Part shown: positions 29,127 through 32,621 of the stretch, piece by piece
Layout: each line of letters begins with the position of its first letter
Numbering within the stretch: position 1 is the first letter of the stretch
Assembly: GCA_964016885.1 (NCBI GenBank)
Contig: CAXHJY010001368.1
Coordinates: forward strand, 1 to 32,621
Origin: Eledone cirrhosa
Lineage: Eukaryota
Direction: 5' to 3'
Length of the DNA: 32,621 nucleotides
Translations under genes and position numbers: made by a program
The notes under the pieces: generated by a model
What the model was told of the DNA's origin: nothing
The model's database searches: none
What the model saw: the letters and a program-made list of their open reading frames with translations, nothing else

Positions 29127-29680
29127 TACTAAGGTTGTCATGTTCTCTCCAGGGTATATTGGATATATTCATATTATGACTCAAATCTACTCTGATAGAG
29201 CACATTTTTCACAAAATAGCTGTTTAACAAAGTTGTATTGTGTACTCTTCTAGATGACTTATTTAGAGAGGAAATTATTCTGTTATTATTTGCTAGTAGT
29301 AAATTGACGTGATTGCCATGTAGGGCTTGCCCTTTGATATTGATATCTTCTAGTGTTTAATAGTCTTGGGTAAGGTTTAAAAGGTGACTGTAATTGCACT
29401 ATTGCTCTCTGTCAAGTGCTGTTGTAATATATAACAAAAAGACTATTCATTTATGTTAAGTATATTTAGGCATAGAGATGAAAGAATTGGTTAACTTTTG
29501 ACATCCTGTACCACATTCTTAAAAAGTACAAAACAGCACGAGGACTGCACCACAACAGATTGTCCACCAGTAAAGAAAGATACTATAAATATTTTATTTT
29601 CAAGCCTTGTAAATATTTTTTGCTAAATTATTACAAGATCTTAAGAGTTACCATATATACCCCCCCCCCCCCCACACACA

Positions 29681-31736
29681 CACATTGATCTAATAGAGGG
29701 ACCAGCAGTGCAAGTTGAAGGTAGTATAATAAGTAAGGCAATCAAAGATATGAAGACGGGCAAGGCGGCTGGGCCTTCGGAAATAGTTGCCGAAATGCTG
29801 AAAGCATCTGGAACGGTGGGACACAATATAGTCGCCCGGATAGTAAACCAAGTCATACAGAATGGGGTCGTACCGAAGGACTGGCGTAGCAGCATCATCA
29901 TTAACTGCTACAAGGGTAAAGGAGATGCCCTAGATAGGGGAAACTATAGAGGCATTAAATTAATTGACCAGGTCATGAAGGTTACAGAAAAAGTAATAGC
30001 ACAACTAATCAGAGAGCGAATTGATCTGGATGAAATGCAGTTCGGGTTTGTGTCAGGCAAAAGTACCACAGACGCTCTTTTCATTGTACGACAACTACAG
30101 GAGAAGTACCTAGCTAAAAGTAAACCCCTATACTTAACTTTTGTTGACTTGGAGAAAGCCTTTGACAGAGTCCCACGCCCCATTATTTGGTGGGCTCTCA
30201 GAAAACTAGGTGTTGATGAATGGCTTGTGAGAGCTATACAAGCCATGTATAAAGAAACAGTCAGCAAGGTTAGAATTAACAACGAATATAGTGAAGAGTT
30301 TAGCGTAAAAGTTGGTGTTCATCAGAGCTCCGTCTTTAGCCCCCTCCTATTTATTATTACCCTTCAGGCTATAACAGAGGAGTTCAAGACCAGCTGCCCA
30401 TGGGAACTCCTATACGCTGATGATCTAACGCTTATAGCCGAATCAATGGCCGAACTAGAGAAGAAATTCCAAACATGGAAGCATGGCCTAGTGTCAATAG
30501 GCCTTAAAATTAATCTGTCTAAGACTAAAGTTCTAGTATGTAGGAAGGAAAATAGGGCACTGGTCCCATCTGGGAAATGGCCATGCTCAGTGTGTAGGAA
30601 AGGAGTAGGCAGAAACTCTGTTTTATGTCCCAAATGCAAAGTATGGGTGCATAAAAGATGTAGTGGGATCACAGGTAAGCTAACTAAGAATATAGATTTT
30701 ATATGTGGCCGGTGCCCAGGTGCAATAAGTAGCAGCAAGTGCCCACAGAATACTAGCTCATTCCATTGCACAGATAGTTCTATAGAAATAGTGGACACCT
30801 TCTGTTACCTGGGTGACAAAATCAGCAGTGGTGGAGGGTGCTCTGAAAGTACAATAGCCAGTCAGAATGGGATGGAAAAAGTTCAGAGAGCTTATACCAC
30901 TATTAGCCGCTAAAGGTTTCTCTCTAAAAATGAAAGGCAGGCTGTATGATGCCTGCATACGAACAGCAATGTTACATGGCAGTGAGACCTGCGCATTGTG
31001 TGCAGAGGATCTATGCAGACTGGAGAGGAACGAAGCTTGCATGCTCCGTTGGATGTGTAATAGTAATATACGTGAACGGCAAAGCATAAATGAACTAAGT
31101 GAGAAATTAGGAATAAGAGGGATCAGATGCTGTTTACTCGAGAGAAGACTATGTTGGTATGGTCACGTGATGCGCATGAAAGACGACAGCTGTATAAAAA
31201 AGTGCAGGGCAATAAAAATAGACGGTAGCCACGGAGTAGGCAGACCCAGAAAAACCTGGGACGACTTGATAAATTTCGACCTCACACACTTACACCTCTC
31301 CAAGACAATGTCACTGGACCAAGATCTTTGGCGCTACGCAGTAATACAGAAGACCCGCCTTGCCTAAGTGCAAAGCGAAACCTACAGTCAGTAGGCACCT
31401 CTTAACCAAAATACACCCCCGTCCCACTACCACCACCCCTTTCGATGTAAAGTTATGTTGGTTCCACAACATCCAGTCCTAAATAAAGGAGGTCGTGTAG
31501 GTGTCACAACAAAAAAACACACAGTCCATGCTGTAATGTGGCCATGTGGGTAACACGGTAAAAACCTCCCAGTCCACACTGTAAATGTGGTTGGTGTTAG
31601 GAAGGGCATCCAGCCGTAGAAAGCCCGCCAGAGTCCTATGCGAGCAAGACAACCAATCTTGCCTCAAGTGGGAAAATTCCCGTCCACACCCATGTTAGCG
31701 TGGAGGATGGACGTTAAACAATGATGATGCTGATGA
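29681..31736 (+). mobile_element. RTE LINE, 5'-truncated and frameshifted (RT pseudogene 29681-31367)
   Basis: ORFs 29708-30913 and 30867-31367 together match the 7678-9339 protein. There is a 2-bp deletion near 30860 and a (GAT)n-like tail. Confidence 0.95.
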
Positions 31737-32024
31737 CTCATATAAGCCAAGAAATATGTGACGAAAAAATTGATGGTAAAATGTGGTCGGCTTATATTTG
31801 GGGGTCAATATTTTACTGATTTTACCAATTGACCGGGAGCAGGTTTTTGTCTCCTCAAAGTGTTATCTCAAAAAGATCTAGTTCTCCAGTCTTTCTAGAC
31901 TAACTGGTGTAAGTTTGAGACAAAGAAACACTGATTACCTATGTGGTCAGACTGACCTACTTTGTTAAGAGTTCAAATTAATGCTATATATGTATGTATG
32001 TGTATAATGTGTAATATATATGCA

Positions 32025-32059
<35 letters not shown>

Positions 32060-32129
32060 CACCTTAATCAACCTAATTATATTACTGTCCATCAATAATC
32101 TAAAGTTTCTCTCTCTTTTCTCTTCACAG

Positions 32130-32229
32130 GTTGCAGCAATGAAGATGGTGTGGAATTTATTGAACACAATGTATTTACATTAGGAATATCTCATTAGCAC
32201 TAATTCTTCATTGTTTTATTACTTCTCTG
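32130..32229 (+). other. Candidate 100-nt non-coding/UTR exon
   Basis: CTAAA then TTTCTCTCTCTTTTCTCTTCACAG| acceptor and CTG|GTAAGT donor. Stops occur in all three frames. Confidence 0.5.
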
Positions 32230-32352
32230 GTAAGTTTTCACCATTATTTTTGGATTTTTAATACCTTTTAAAGCCATTTGTTATTAAATTTCTAATGAAA
32301 TAAGCTGTCTATGATTTTCCAGAATATTTTGAAATTAATCAAGAATTTGGCA

Positions 32353-32441
32353 TTAGTAAAATAAACAAGTTTTCTCATTATTAAAGTTGGCAAAAATCTT
32401 TTGCAAACTTTAATAATGAGAAATCTTGTTTATTTTACTAA
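32353..32441. repeat. Near-perfect palindrome (43-bp arms, 3-nt loop, 2 mismatches)
   Basis: TTAGTAAAATAAACAAGTTTTCTCATTATTAAAGTTGGCAAAA-ATC-TTTTGCAAACTTTAATAATGAGAAATCTTGTTTATTTTACTAA. Confidence 0.95.
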
Positions 32442-32454
32442 ATAAATCAGTATT

Positions 32455-32562
32455 GAGTTCTGAGGTCAAATGTTCTTTATATTCTGAGTTCAAATCCCAC
32501 TGAGGTTAGCTTTGCCTTTCATCCTTACGGGGTCATAAAACAAACTACACTGGGATCGATTT
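32455..32562 (+). mobile_element. SINE family A fragment (another head probably begins at ~32595)
   Basis: GAGTTCAAATCCCACTGAGGTTAGCTTTGCCTTTCATCCTT. Confidence 0.75.
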
Positions 32563-32621
32563 GTGCCTGAATCAGAAACCATTATTATTATTAAGGGCTG
32601 TGGATTGGCAGTATCGATAGA

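Noticed and set aside
31737-31830. Possible Tc1/pogo MITE end (TATAAGCC...GGCTTATA; similar at 24968-25000)
   Set aside because: Too decayed to set boundaries or a family.

Overview
Eukaryotic, AT-rich, repeat-dominated non-coding DNA with no intact host protein-coding gene. The SINE, RTE and Helitron-end sequences resemble, from my recall, those of coleoid cephalopods (octopus). The first ~15.3 kb is a giant interrupted (TA)n/(TATG)n array; all of the long Y/I/M/C 'ORFs' are artefacts of it. Five or more mobile-element islands sit inside this array. (1-2) Two unrelated ~260-320 bp islands each carry a complete minimal type I hammerhead ribozyme followed by AATAAA, like Penelope-type terminal repeats or retrozymes (2287-2353 minus, 4017-4071 plus). 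(3) A tail-to-tail pair of RTE LINE copies; the longer has an uninterrupted RT frame with a PHD finger inside the RT. (4) A 5'-truncated CR1/L2-group LINE. (5) A non-autonomous Helitron with a canonical hairpin-CTAG 3' end, followed by an inverted copy of its own interior. The remaining ~17 kb holds older RTE fragments, a second frameshifted RTE, two tRNA-derived SINE families, mariner-type and piggyBac-type (TTAA) MITEs, a longer relative of the Helitron, a 57-bp minisatellite, a Tigger-like relic, an 89-nt near-perfect hairpin and one candidate non-coding exon (32130-32229). The best candidate for an undescribed system is the set of ribozyme-bearing short retroelements that live in (TA)n arrays.
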